Shown here: one piece after another, positions 8,450 through 16,328 of the stretch
Position numbering within the stretch: position 1 is the stretch's first letter
Layout of the letters: each line of letters begins with the position of its first letter
Assembly (NCBI GenBank): GCA_016932505.1
Contig: JAFGCT010000007.1
Coordinates: 8,625-48,624, forward strand
Length of the DNA stretch: 40,000 nt
DNA from: Candidatus Peregrinibacteria bacterium
GTDB taxonomy: Bacteria; Patescibacteriota; Gracilibacteria; UM-FILTER-43-11
Direction: 5' to 3'
The notes under the pieces: generated by a model
The model's input: the letters and a program-made list of their open reading frames with translations, nothing else
The model's database searches: none
Told to the model about the DNA's origin: nothing
Made by a program: the position numbers and the translations under genes

Positions 8450-10126
8450 ATGTCCAAGAAAAACCTTTTACTGAAAAAAATTCAGAATTTAAGAAAAAAA
8501 CAAATGACCTTTAAAGATCGCATGCTATTGGCAGTGGCTTCTATTGGTGCAGTTTTATTGGTTTTCTTTATATGTTATTTAATCGTATATTCATATTCAC
8601 AAAGAAACATAGCTCATTTTCTTCCTGCAAAAGATACTGTTTCTTATATAGAATTTGAGAATTTTAATCTTCAGCCAAAATTAGAGTCTTCTGAAGAAAT
8701 GATTCAAACCATGATTCAGACAAGTCTTAAGAATTTATTGAATACTGAAAACTCAACCGATATAACAAGCTGGGCTAATGGAAGATTCGGCTTTGCATTA
8801 ATAGAATCTGATTCTGCTAATTCACCAGTTTATTTTATTCAAACAAAAAGCAGAAGTAAGGCACTTAAATTCTTTAATCAATTAGCTTTACCAAACGAAG
8901 AAATAATTAAGTCGGATAAAACAAGCTCAGCGATATATTCATACAGCCAAAGCCAACTTTTTCATTTCACATTCATAGGCCCTCATGCATTTATTTCAAT
9001 GGATCAAAAAGCACTTCAGAAAATTCAAGATGTTTATGCAAATAAGATTGGGATACTAAGTGAAGATGAAAAATATGAAAAATCTTGGGGTAATTTGCCT
9101 AGAAGCAGTTGGATGAGAGCATATGTAAATTTTCAGGCATTAAAATTCAAAAGCATTCAGGTAAATAATATTGTCGAGCCTCTTAAAAGTATTATTAATC
9201 ACTTTGCAATTACCGTACGTCAGAACCCAAATGGTTTTCATTTCAATGTATTTGCAAATTTAAATAAAGATGTTCTTGAATTGCAAGAGGGCTACAAGGG
9301 AAATAGCAAATTTGCTTACAATTTAACTGATTTCATTAGTTCAAAAGACCTTGCCCTATATATAGGAGGAGCAAATTTGAGTCAGGAATGGCAGAATACA
9401 CTTTCCACAATAAGTAATTTAAATCCTGCATACGGCATTATTCTGGAAAGCATAGTAAGAGCTCAGGTAAGCAATGTATTTGGAAGAGATGTTAGCCTAA
9501 GAAATGATTTCTATCCGCTTTTCGAAGGAGAATACGCACTTGCAATCGGTAATACAGAAGACGGACTTAAAGATGTAAGACTTATTCTTTCAAACAGCGA
9601 TAAATCTTTCGCTGAAAAAAAACTAGCAAAAATGATGGACGGATTTAAGGTACTTGCAGCAAGATTCGCACCTAAAATTCATAAAGTTTTGTTACCAGAC
9701 GGTACAGAAAGCATAGAGCTTATTGCAGATAATACAAAGCTTGAAGAAGGGAAAGAAACATACGAAGGTTATGATATTCATTGTATTGATATTCAAGGAA
9801 CAAGCTCTGGCTTCTGCTACACAGTTACAGATGAGTTGATTGTAATGACAAACAATAAAGAGGCTGTAATTAATACAATCGACATGACGATTTCCCCAGA
9901 ATTCACACTTTCTCAATATCAGCCATTCCGACAAACAATAAGCAATCTAAGTAAAATTAGTGACGAAATTACTTTCATGGATATTCAGAATTTTATTCCA
10001 TTTATTGAAACAAGTGATTACGGACTACTCGCAAAACCATTCCTAGAAAAATTCGATGCAGTAAGTTGGGTAAAACATTATTTTGATGATGGCGTAAGTG
10101 CTGAGGGATACGTTTTGATAAAATAG
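8450..10126 (+). CDS. Hypothetical membrane-anchored protein (single N-terminal TM helix, large extracytoplasmic part; possibly DUF3352-like)
   Basis: Long clean ORF of 558 aa. Hydrophobic segment LLAVASIGAVLLVFFICYLIVY near the N-terminus. The family guess is weak. Confidence 0.7.
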   Translation: MSKKNLLLKKIQNLRKKQMTFKDRMLLAVASIGAVLLVFFICYLIVYSYSQRNIAHFLPAKDTVSYIEFENFNLQPKLESSEEMIQTMIQTSLKNLLNTENSTDITSWANGRFGFALIESDSANSPVYFIQTKSRSKALKFFNQLALPNEEIIKSDKTSSAIYSYSQSQLFHFTFIGPHAFISMDQKALQKIQDVYANKIGILSEDEKYEKSWGNLPRSSWMRAYVNFQALKFKSIQVNNIVEPLKSIINHFAITVRQNPNGFHFNVFANLNKDVLELQEGYKGNSKFAYNLTDFISSKDLALYIGGANLSQEWQNTLSTISNLNPAYGIILESIVRAQVSNVFGRDVSLRNDFYPLFEGEYALAIGNTEDGLKDVRLILSNSDKSFAEKKLAKMMDGFKVLAARFAPKIHKVLLPDGTESIELIADNTKLEEGKETYEGYDIHCIDIQGTSSGFCYTVTDELIVMTNNKEAVINTIDMTISPEFTLSQYQPFRQTISNLSKISDEITFMDIQNFIPFIETSDYGLLAKPFLEKFDAVSWVKHYFDDGVSAEGYVLIK

Positions 10127-10128
10127 TA

Positions 10129-10305
10129 TTGTCTGAACTGTGATTTTTTATGATTATTTTTGATGGTCGTGATTTTTTTATTAAGTGAATTGGGATTACA
10201 ACAAATACACATTCAATCGTAGAGACGTCCCGCTAAGCGGGACGTCTCTACGGTGTATTTATCATAAGAAAATCATTATAATCAAAAAAATCACAGTTCA
10301 GACAA
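10129..10305. repeat. 177-bp palindromic intergenic element with 17-bp terminal inverted repeats and a GC-rich core hairpin (MITE/REP-like)
   Basis: ttgtctgaactgtgatt at 10129-10145 is the exact reverse complement of aatcacagttcagacaa at 10289-10305. The centre is cgtagagacgtcccgc-taa-gcgggacgtctctacg (10218-10252), a perfect 16-bp stem. Confidence 0.9.
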
Positions 10306-10310
10306 AAAAA

Positions 10311-10356
10311 ACCGGTAGCGAGGGACGAATGAAATAAATCATTGTCCCCCGCCGGT
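10311..10356 (-). terminator. Rho-independent terminator of the 10399..10803 gene
   Basis: The minus strand reads accggcgggggacaatgatttatttcattcgtccctcgctaccgg followed by tttttttt. Confidence 0.7.
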
Positions 10357-10398
10357 CAAATTTGAGCGTTGGAGCCAAAGATATTGACTCGCGAAACG

Positions 10399-10803
10399 CT
10401 ACTGGGGAGTGTCGGGCTGTGAATTGCGCAGCATGTCCAACAAAATTGCCCAATCAACATTTATTTTCAGATTGTCATTATTATGCCAAATAATGATTTC
10501 TACTTTTCCTGCGTTGCGATTGTAGTTAAATATTAGAATTGCATCTCCAGCTCTCCTGTCTTCAGAGGCCGGAGCAAGGGTGCCGGCATCTTTCTCTACT
10601 TGGTATTCAATCCAATTTGCGATGACACCCCGAGTAAAGAATGCAGAACCAAATTTGGCCTGCTTCCTACCAAGACTTGTCTCACCTTCAAGAACAATTT
10701 TGAGGTAGGTGTCGTCACCGTGCTCTTCACCGTCTGTAAAAACGGAAAGTTTTACTCCATTTGCCGTAAACGTACCATTCTCTTCATTAATTCTACATGT
10801 CAT
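10399..10803 (-). CDS. Hypothetical protein, 134 aa, GC-elevated, last gene of the small-protein cluster
   Basis: Clean ORF with a terminator downstream. I found no recognisable motif. Confidence 0.65.
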   Translation of the reverse strand: MTCRINEENGTFTANGVKLSVFTDGEEHGDDTYLKIVLEGETSLGRKQAKFGSAFFTRGVIANWIEYQVEKDAGTLAPASEDRRAGDAILIFNYNRNAGKVEIIIWHNNDNLKINVDWAILLDMLRNSQPDTPQ

Positions 10804-10933
10804 AACTTTTTCCCTTCACATTATTGCCTTAGTTTTTATTAAAACTCAGACAGTATTATTATTTAAATTCGAAACTTAGAAATTACTACCAAACTTTGTT
10901 TAATTCCATATTTTTCCTTTCGTTGATTGTTAA

Positions 10934-10998
10934 TTTTGTCTCCCCAAGCATATGCCAATGACTGATTGGTCATTCAGCAGACAGTTACGGAGACAAAA
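10934..10998 (-). promoter_or_regulatory. Leader/operator-like structure: a 10-bp stem enclosing an AATGAC-N6-GTCATT palindrome
   Basis: ttttgtctcc (10934-10943) pairs with ggagacaaaa (10989-10998). The inner palindrome aatgactgattggtcatt lies at 10957-10974 and is related to the TGACCA..TGGTCA boxes upstream of the paralog genes. Confidence 0.4.
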
Positions 10999-11099
10999 GA
11001 CTAATTGTAAAAGAACATTTGGGGATTTTGGGGGCGAAATGACGAATGCCAAGTGCCCCCGAAAATTTTACCGCTTTTCCCAGAATTGAGATAAACGGA

Positions 11100-11451
11100 T
11101 TAGGTGAGATGATACTTTACAACAAGATCGAGTTGGTATTTAACGCCGAAAACAATCTTTTGATACTGAGCAAATGGCATTTCATGCGAAATGGAACAGC
11201 TTTCATTACCAATTGTAACAACGACGTAACCTTCTATCTTTTCGCTTAGACCAATCCTAAGGCTACACACCGATATCAGAAGAGAATTTGATACTGCCAG
11301 ATACTAGAGAATTAAAAACAGTCTCATCAACAACATGCACTATCGTTCTTTTTTCAGCTCCACTGCATCGAGCCACTTCGCCCGTAACTCCAAAAGCAAC
11401 TTTCGTCATTTTGGGATCAAGGGCAAAAACAAAAAACGGTTTTTCTTTCAT
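11100..11451 (-). pseudogene. Frameshifted member of the small-protein paralog family
   Basis: The N-terminal 62 codons (MKEKPFFVFALDPKMTKVAFGVTGEVAR...) stop at TAG 11263-11265. A shifted frame continues ...LSEKIEGYVVVTIGNESCSISHEMPFAQYQKIVFGVKYQLDLVVKYHLT to TAA 11100-11102. This continuation aligns with the C-termini of the neighbouring paralogs. Confidence 0.7.
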
Positions 11452-11474
11452 ATTACTCCCCTTCTGACCGACTG

Positions 11475-11855
11475 TTATTCGTTTTCGTCTGCGCCGATGT
11501 ACTTGGCAACGAGCTCGGGTTGGTAAGTTATTGATTTCAAAAGCCGATTCAGTTCGTCCCGTTCAATCAAATGAGTCAGTCCGCCTTCTCTGACAATCGA
11601 AATTATAAAACCCAACTTACGCTTGTCTTTTTTGACAAGCTCAAGAACTGATTGAGCGACTGATGAATTCGGTGATCGATATTCCCCTCTCAGAAGATCA
11701 TTCACCACTATACTTGAGCAGGCGTAGACCAATTCCAATTTTTTCTTTCCCTTTGATCTGGTTACTTCGCCTGTAACAACGAAAGCGACCCTGGTGCATT
11801 CGGGATTAAGCCCAAACACCTGAAGTGTTGTTTCAATTCTTTGTGCATCAGCCAT
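11475..11855 (-). CDS. Small-protein paralog family member (126 aa)
   Basis: LQVFGLNPECTRVAFVVTGEVTR... at the N-terminus and ...GFIISIVREGGLTHLIERDELNRLLKSITYQPELVAKY at the C-terminus. RBS aaaggaaag lies upstream. Confidence 0.8.
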   Translation of the reverse strand: MADAQRIETTLQVFGLNPECTRVAFVVTGEVTRSKGKKKLELVYACSSIVVNDLLRGEYRSPNSSVAQSVLELVKKDKRKLGFIISIVREGGLTHLIERDELNRLLKSITYQPELVAKYIGADENE

Positions 11856-11878
11856 ATTCTTTCCTTTCTTTTTAAATG

Positions 11879-12205
11879 TTACCGAACATACTTCGCAACC
11901 ATTTCAGATTTGTATCTAAACGGGAAAAATTTCATAAGCTCGATTGAACTAATGAGATGACCGTGCCCTTCTTCTCCATTAAAAATTGTAACCTGAAGCA
12001 AAAGGGGTACGTTGGTATTGGAGATTGTCATTCTGGAATCTGTACCTTGAGAAGAAACTATTCTCCTCTCAAAAAGCTTTTCTGCTTCTGGTATATCACA
12101 TTTGTGAACGGCCAAAACCTCCTCTTGTGAGCTGTCTGTTATTACAAACACAACCTTTGCGTCCTTCCTATTGGAAGTACGAAAAACAAAAAGACACGTC
12201 TTCAT
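11879..12205 (-). CDS. Small-protein paralog family member (108 aa)
   Basis: MKTCLFVFRTSNRKDAKVVFVITD...LLLQVTIFNGEEGHGHLISSIELMKFFPFRYKSEMVAKYVR. The start was moved to the ATG at 12203-12205, which follows gaaagg plus 9 nt. This removes the overlap with the upstream gene. Confidence 0.75.
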   Translation of the reverse strand: MKTCLFVFRTSNRKDAKVVFVITDSSQEEVLAVHKCDIPEAEKLFERRIVSSQGTDSRMTISNTNVPLLLQVTIFNGEEGHGHLISSIELMKFFPFRYKSEMVAKYVR

Positions 12206-12207
12206 TT

Positions 12208-12256
12208 CTAAAACCTTTCTGACCAACTGGTCAAAAAAATGCTGTTTACTATCTCC
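12208..12256 (-). promoter_or_regulatory. Conserved leader block containing the TGACCA-NN-TGGTCA palindrome next to the RBS
   Basis: The minus strand reads aaaggagatagtaaacagcatttttttgaccagttggtcagaaaggttttagaaATG, with the palindrome at 12220-12233. It is nearly the same block as at 12600-12655. Confidence 0.5.
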
Positions 12257-12596
12257 TTTTAGAATAGGTTGGATATCTGCAAACAAGAGCTGAATCGTAC
12301 TTCAACCCAATTCCAATCCTATCGAACTCCTCACAAGTAAGCGAATGACTAATAACTCGTGTATCAGTCCTTCTAATCGATACAATTACATAGCCTTCAG
12401 AAATTTTTGTAACTTTAAGCACCGTAGCACCATTTTCAGATAAACCAGATACGTCCTTAAACATAGCTTTTACAGCATTCGGATCTGCCTCATGCATGGC
12501 GACAGGATCTCCCGTCTTCTCATCAGCAATCACAACTACAGCATTAGCCAAATTAGCATCCCTAGATGATAAAAAGGCATGCAATATATTACCCAT
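12249..12596 (-). CDS. Small-protein paralog family member (115 aa), first gene of the cluster
   Basis: MGNILHAFLSSRDANLANAVVVIADE...GYVIVSIRRTDTRVISHSLTCEEFDRIGIGLKYDSALVCRY. The start was moved to the ATG at 12594-12596, which follows gaaaggaac plus spacer. Confidence 0.75.
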   Translation of the reverse strand: MGNILHAFLSSRDANLANAVVVIADEKTGDPVAMHEADPNAVKAMFKDVSGLSENGATVLKVTKISEGYVIVSIRRTDTRVISHSLTCEEFDRIGIGLKYDSALVCRYPTYSKRR

Positions 12597-12599
12597 TGT

Positions 12600-12655
12600 A
12601 TTGTTCCTTTCTGACTCACTGGTCAAAAAAAAATTGTTGTAAATTATCTCCCCAA
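12600..12655 (-). promoter_or_regulatory. Conserved leader block with the TGACCAGTGAGTCA palindrome, second copy
   Basis: The minus strand reads ggggagataatttacaacaatttttttttgaccagtgagtcagaaaggaacaatacaATG, with the palindrome at 12612-12625. Confidence 0.5.
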
Positions 12656-12811
12656 CTATAAGCATTACAAATTTAATAGAAGCGTGAGTTCAAATAACAA
12701 ACACTATTGCTTATAGCAACGGAGATAATTGCTTTGTTGTAAAAGGACAACCCCATAGTTTGGAGGCAAAAATTTTAACAGATATTTTTTATTTTGTCAA
12801 AGCCTCTTTTC

Positions 12812-12839
12812 TTGACCAATGTCCAACATTTGATAGAAT
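12812..12839 (+). promoter_or_regulatory. groESL promoter (extended -10)
   Basis: TTGACC at 12812-12817, a 16-nt spacer, then tgaTAGAAT with the -10 hexamer at 12834-12839. Confidence 0.65.
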
Positions 12840-12842
12840 AAA

Positions 12843-12869
12843 TTAGCACTCTAAATTATAAAGTGCTAA
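12843..12869 (+). promoter_or_regulatory. CIRCE operator (HrcA-binding inverted repeat)
   Basis: ttagcactc-taaattata-aagtgctaa compared with the consensus TTAGCACTC-N9-GAGTGCTAA shows one mismatch. It sits directly after the -10 box. Confidence 0.85.
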
Positions 12870-12870
12870 A

Positions 12871-12962
12871 CGCACTTTACGCGTGATGCGCCTTGCGTAT
12901 TGCGCACTGCGAATTATCAGAATTCTCGCACATCGCACATCGCTAAGCGCACATCGCACATA
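12871..12962. repeat. groES leader built from cgcac-type words in both orientations
   Basis: cgcactttacgcgtgatgcgccttgcgtattgcgcactgcgaatt...ctcgcacatcgcacatcgctaagcgcacatcgcacat, read directly. Confidence 0.85.
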
Positions 12963-12987
12963 TTTTAATTCATAAAATTTTAAAAAA

Positions 12988-13278
12988 ATGAACATCAAGC
13001 CACTAAACGGTTATGTAGTTATAAAGCCCCTAGAGGCAGAAGAAGTAACTGCAAGCGGAATTGTTATTCCAGATACAGCTAATAAAGAAAAGCCACAAGA
13101 AGGCGAAGTTGTAGCAGTTGCAAAAACCAATATCAGCGATAAAGGAACTGAGCTACCTATTGAAGTAAAAATCGGTGACAAAGTTCTTTATGGCAGATAC
13201 AGCGGAGAAGATGTAAAAGTAGATGGTGTTGAATATAAAATTGTTGAAATGACATCCGTACGCGCTATTGTTGCTTAA
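12988..13278 (+). CDS. groES: Co-chaperonin GroES
   Basis: MNIKPLNGYVVIKPLEAEEVTASGIVIPDTA...GDKVLYGRYSG, 96 aa. Confidence 0.97.
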   Translation: MNIKPLNGYVVIKPLEAEEVTASGIVIPDTANKEKPQEGEVVAVAKTNISDKGTELPIEVKIGDKVLYGRYSGEDVKVDGVEYKIVEMTSVRAIVA

Positions 13279-13330
13279 CGCAACGTGCGAAGTGCAACGC
13301 ACAACGCACATCGCAAATCGCACTTCGCTC
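13279..13330. repeat. groES-groEL spacer reusing the same cgcac/cgcaa word set
   Basis: cgcaacgtgcgaagtgcaacgcacaacgcacatcgcaaatcgcacttcgc. Confidence 0.85.
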
Positions 13331-13360
13331 TCTCATATATATAATTAACCTCACAAAATC

Positions 13361-15034
13361 ATGTCAAAACAGTTAATGCACAGCGACGATGCTCGTCAAA
13401 AATTATTAGACGGTATCGAAAAGCTTTCAAACGCAGTTCGCGTAACAATGGGTCCAAAAGGCCGAAACGCTCTTATTGAAAAAAAATACGGAGCGCCAAC
13501 TATAACTAACGACGGTGTTTCCATCGCAAGAGAAATAGATCTTGAAGATCCGTTTGAAAACATGGGCGCACAGCTTGTAAAAGAAGTTGCAAACAAAACT
13601 AACGATGTAGCCGGTGACGGAACAACAACTGCAACCGTTCTTGCACATGCAATTATAAAAGAAGGCATGCACCACTTAACTACAAACAAGGTAAACCCTA
13701 TGCTTCTGAAAAAAGGTATAGAAATGGCCGTTAAAACCGTTGTAAAAGAACTGGATAAAATGAAGGAGGATATTACAACCAAAGAACAGATGTCTCAGGT
13801 TGCTACTATTAGTGCACAGAACGAAGAGGTTGGTGATTTGATTGCCGAAGTATTCGAAAAAGTAGGAGGAGACGGAGTTGTACAAGTAGAAGAAGGTCAA
13901 ACAATGGGGCTTTCTATAGATATGGTAGAAGGAATGCAATTCGATAACGGTTATATTTCTCCTTATATGGTTACAGACGCAGGTCGTATGGAAGCCGAAT
14001 ACGAAAACGCAATGATTCTTATCACCGATAAAAAAATCGGAAGCATACAGGAAATTCTTCCTCTATTAGAAGGTATGGCTCAAGCCGGTAAAAAGAACTT
14101 AGTTATTATTGCAGAAGATATTGAAGGCGACGCTCTTGCAACTTTGATAGTTAATAAACTAAAAGGAACATTCAATACACTTGCTGTAAAAGCTCCAGGT
14201 TTTGGAGATAGAAGAAAAGCAATGATGCAAGATATTGCCGTTTTAACCGGAGGTCGTGTAATTAGTCAGGAAGTCGGTTTAAAGCTAGAAAACGCAACTA
14301 TCGAAGATCTTGGACAAGCCCGCAAAGTTGTATCTAGCAAAGACAATACTACTATTGTGGAAGGTAAAGGACATGCAGATGCAATTAAAGACCGCATCGC
14401 TCAGATTAAAACTGAAATGAAGAACTCCACTTCCGACTTCGACAAAGACAAACTTGCTGAACGTCTTGCAAAACTTACAGGTGGCGTAGCTGTTATTAAA
14501 GTAGGTGCCGCAACGGAAGTTGAACTTAAAGAAAAGAAACACCGTATAGAAGACGCACTTAGCGCTACAAGAGCAGCAATGGAAGAAGGTGTTGTTATAG
14601 GTGGAGGTGCCGCACTTTTACAAGCTTCAAACGCTATCGACCCATCTAAATATGATTCTGAAGAAGAAAGACTAGGTGCCGAAATCGTTAAAAACGCACT
14701 TTCTTATCCTCTTAATCAGATTGGTGAAAACGCAGGTGTTGATGGCGCCGTTATTGCAAATGCACTTCAACAAGCTTGGGGTAAATCAAAAACAATGGGT
14801 TACGATGCAACTTCAGACATTAAACTTAAACCGGCTGACCAATTAAAAGATATGTTTAAAGCCGGAATCATCGATCCTAAAAAAGTAACTCGCAGTGCAC
14901 TAGAAAACGCCGCTTCCGTAGCCGCAATGTTCCTAACTACAGAAACTGCCATTACAGAAATTCCAAAGGACGAACCTGCTATGCCTCCAATGGGTGGTAT
15001 GCCGGGTATGGGTGGAATGGGGGGAATGATGTAA
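13361..15034 (+). CDS. groEL: Chaperonin GroEL
   Basis: [12 protein letters not shown] motif, 557 aa, GGM-type C-terminal tail [14 protein letters not shown]. Confidence 0.98.
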   Translation: MSKQLMHSDDARQKLLDGIEKLSNAVRVTMGPKGRNALIEKKYGAPTITNDGVSIAREIDLEDPFENMGAQLVKEVANKTNDVAGDGTTTATVLAHAIIKEGMHHLTTNKVNPMLLKKGIEMAVKTVVKELDKMKEDITTKEQMSQVATISAQNEEVGDLIAEVFEKVGGDGVVQVEEGQTMGLSIDMVEGMQFDNGYISPYMVTDAGRMEAEYENAMILITDKKIGSIQEILPLLEGMAQAGKKNLVIIAEDIEGDALATLIVNKLKGTFNTLAVKAPGFGDRRKAMMQDIAVLTGGRVISQEVGLKLENATIEDLGQARKVVSSKDNTTIVEGKGHADAIKDRIAQIKTEMKNSTSDFDKDKLAERLAKLTGGVAVIKVGAATEVELKEKKHRIEDALSATRAAMEEGVVIGGGAALLQASNAIDPSKYDSEEERLGAEIVKNALSYPLNQIGENAGVDGAVIANALQQAWGKSKTMGYDATSDIKLKPADQLKDMFKAGIIDPKKVTRSALENAASVAAMFLTTETAITEIPKDEPAMPPMGGMPGMGGMGGMM

Positions 15035-15037
15035 TAA

Positions 15038-15105
15038 ACTATAACTATAACTAAGACTATAACTAAGACTAATACTAGTACAAGTTATAGTAATAGTTAT
15101 AGTTT
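15038..15105. repeat. Palindromic spacer of ataact/agttat words
   Basis: actataactataactaagactataactaagactaatactagtacaagttatagtaatagttatagtt. Confidence 0.85.
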
Positions 15106-15122
15106 GAATCACTGAAATACTA

Positions 15123-15153
15123 AACCGTCACTCGTAAGGGGGGCGGTTTTTTT
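15123..15153. terminator. Hairpin plus T-run after groEL; it also lies just 3' of the convergent 15167 gene
   Basis: aaccgtcactcgtaaggggggcggttttttt. Confidence 0.6.
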
Positions 15154-15166
15154 GAATTATAGCTTT

Positions 15167-16189
15167 TTACTTATATTCATAAACTGTAAAAGTACACTTA
15201 CCAGCAAAATAGCCATGAATATAATATTCACCAGTTTTTCTGAATTCAACCGTATCACTTGTTCTATTTGAACCTTTTAGTGCCCAAATTCCGATTCCTT
15301 CAACCTCTCGTAGAAATGCTGTATCATTCTTGTTTTCACAATCATATTGAATTTTAAATCGTCCACTTGTTACATTAAAACTTCCATAACCCAATTGCCC
15401 AAATTCTTCGTTGGCATATTTTGCAATTTCTACATATCTTTGTGTTGGTGCTGCTGGCTTAATTGTTTCAATCGGTTTAGTTGGTATTTTTGGCTTAGTT
15501 AATTCAGTAGTTTTAGTTGGTACAGTAGACTTAATTGGTTCAGTTATTCTATTTTGAGTTACCTGTGTATTTTTCTCCAAAGCATTAGAAATAACACTAG
15601 GTATATCAGAGGTAACTTCATTTTGGGCTTTTTTATTAGCTGAAGTTGCAAGTATCAATAAAACAATAATAAAAATAATAAATTTTTGAAAAGCATGTGA
15701 CTGTTTTCCAAACCATTTGAGAGTTTTAATGATTTCTATAAATAGCTTATGTAACATTCCAAATAGCATACCAATTATTTCAAATATATTTATATTTTCC
15801 TTGGTAGTTTTTTCTTGTTGTACTTTTCTTGTTGGAAAAGGAATACCAGTAAACTCTTTAAATTGTCTTTCTAAGTGAAATTTAAAATTAGCCCTTCCGC
15901 CACCAAACCATAGTTCAATCACTTTTATATCATCTTGGTCATAAGCCAACTGCTTTTTCGCACGGTCTTTACTATATTTAGCACTTCCCCACATTCCATA
16001 CACTTCTATATACACATCATAACCAGGCAAATAAAAATCAGGATGAATAATAAGGCCATTAGACATTTTTAATGGATCCTCATAAATATACTCAACACCA
16101 TTATCATATAAATAATTAGCGACATCTTTTTCATAATTACTTTTAACAATTTCACCCTGCTTTGTTTTAATTTGTTTTGCGAAGTTCAT
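15167..16189 (-). CDS. Membrane protein with an N-terminal PD-(D/E)xK-like nuclease-fold domain, TM segments, a Thr/Pro/Lys-rich linker and an unknown C-terminal domain
   Basis: The N-terminus SNYEKDVANYLYDNGVEYIYEDP...IHPDFYLPGYDVYIEVYGMWG resembles the PDDEXK module found at the N-terminus of helicase IV-type proteins. Hydrophobic stretch FIIFIIVLLILATSA. Linker PIKSTVPTKTTELTKPKIPTKPIETIKPAAPTQ. Confidence 0.6.
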   Translation of the reverse strand: MNFAKQIKTKQGEIVKSNYEKDVANYLYDNGVEYIYEDPLKMSNGLIIHPDFYLPGYDVYIEVYGMWGSAKYSKDRAKKQLAYDQDDIKVIELWFGGGRANFKFHLERQFKEFTGIPFPTRKVQQEKTTKENINIFEIIGMLFGMLHKLFIEIIKTLKWFGKQSHAFQKFIIFIIVLLILATSANKKAQNEVTSDIPSVISNALEKNTQVTQNRITEPIKSTVPTKTTELTKPKIPTKPIETIKPAAPTQRYVEIAKYANEEFGQLGYGSFNVTSGRFKIQYDCENKNDTAFLREVEGIGIWALKGSNRTSDTVEFRKTGEYYIHGYFAGKCTFTVYEYK

Positions 16190-16328
16190 TAAATTTTTAT
16201 AATCTTATTATTATAGCATAAAATAAAGCAATAAGCAATGTAGCAATATAGAGTATCAATGAAATCCTTAATGTTTTTTGAAGTGTTTTGGTGTAAAATT
16301 GATTCAAGTAATTTAGAAATGAATTAAA

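Noticed and set aside
7860-9934. Antisense ORFs 7860-8090 and 9692-9934
   Set aside because: They are embedded antisense in topA and in the 558-aa gene, with low-complexity translations and no independent signals.
10129-10305. Integron attC sites / gene-cassette array interpretation of the palindromic elements
   Set aside because: The size and imperfect-palindrome structure are attC-like. However, the termini (TCTGAAC...GTTCAGA) do not fit the RYYYAAC/GTTRRRY core sites, and some elements flank genes that have their own promoters and mixed orientations. No integron integrase is in the window. I keep this only as a remote possibility.
11046-11249. Plus-strand 67-aa ORF
   Set aside because: It is antisense to the well-conserved C-terminal half of the frameshifted paralog. 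The minus-strand translation aligns with the three neighbouring paralogs.
13396-14542. Several minus-strand ORFs of 82-128 aa (13396-13782, 13427-13675, 13676-13939, 14285-14542)
   Set aside because: They lie entirely antisense within the unmistakable groEL gene and have low-complexity, Phe/Ser/Cys-rich translations. They are shadow ORFs.
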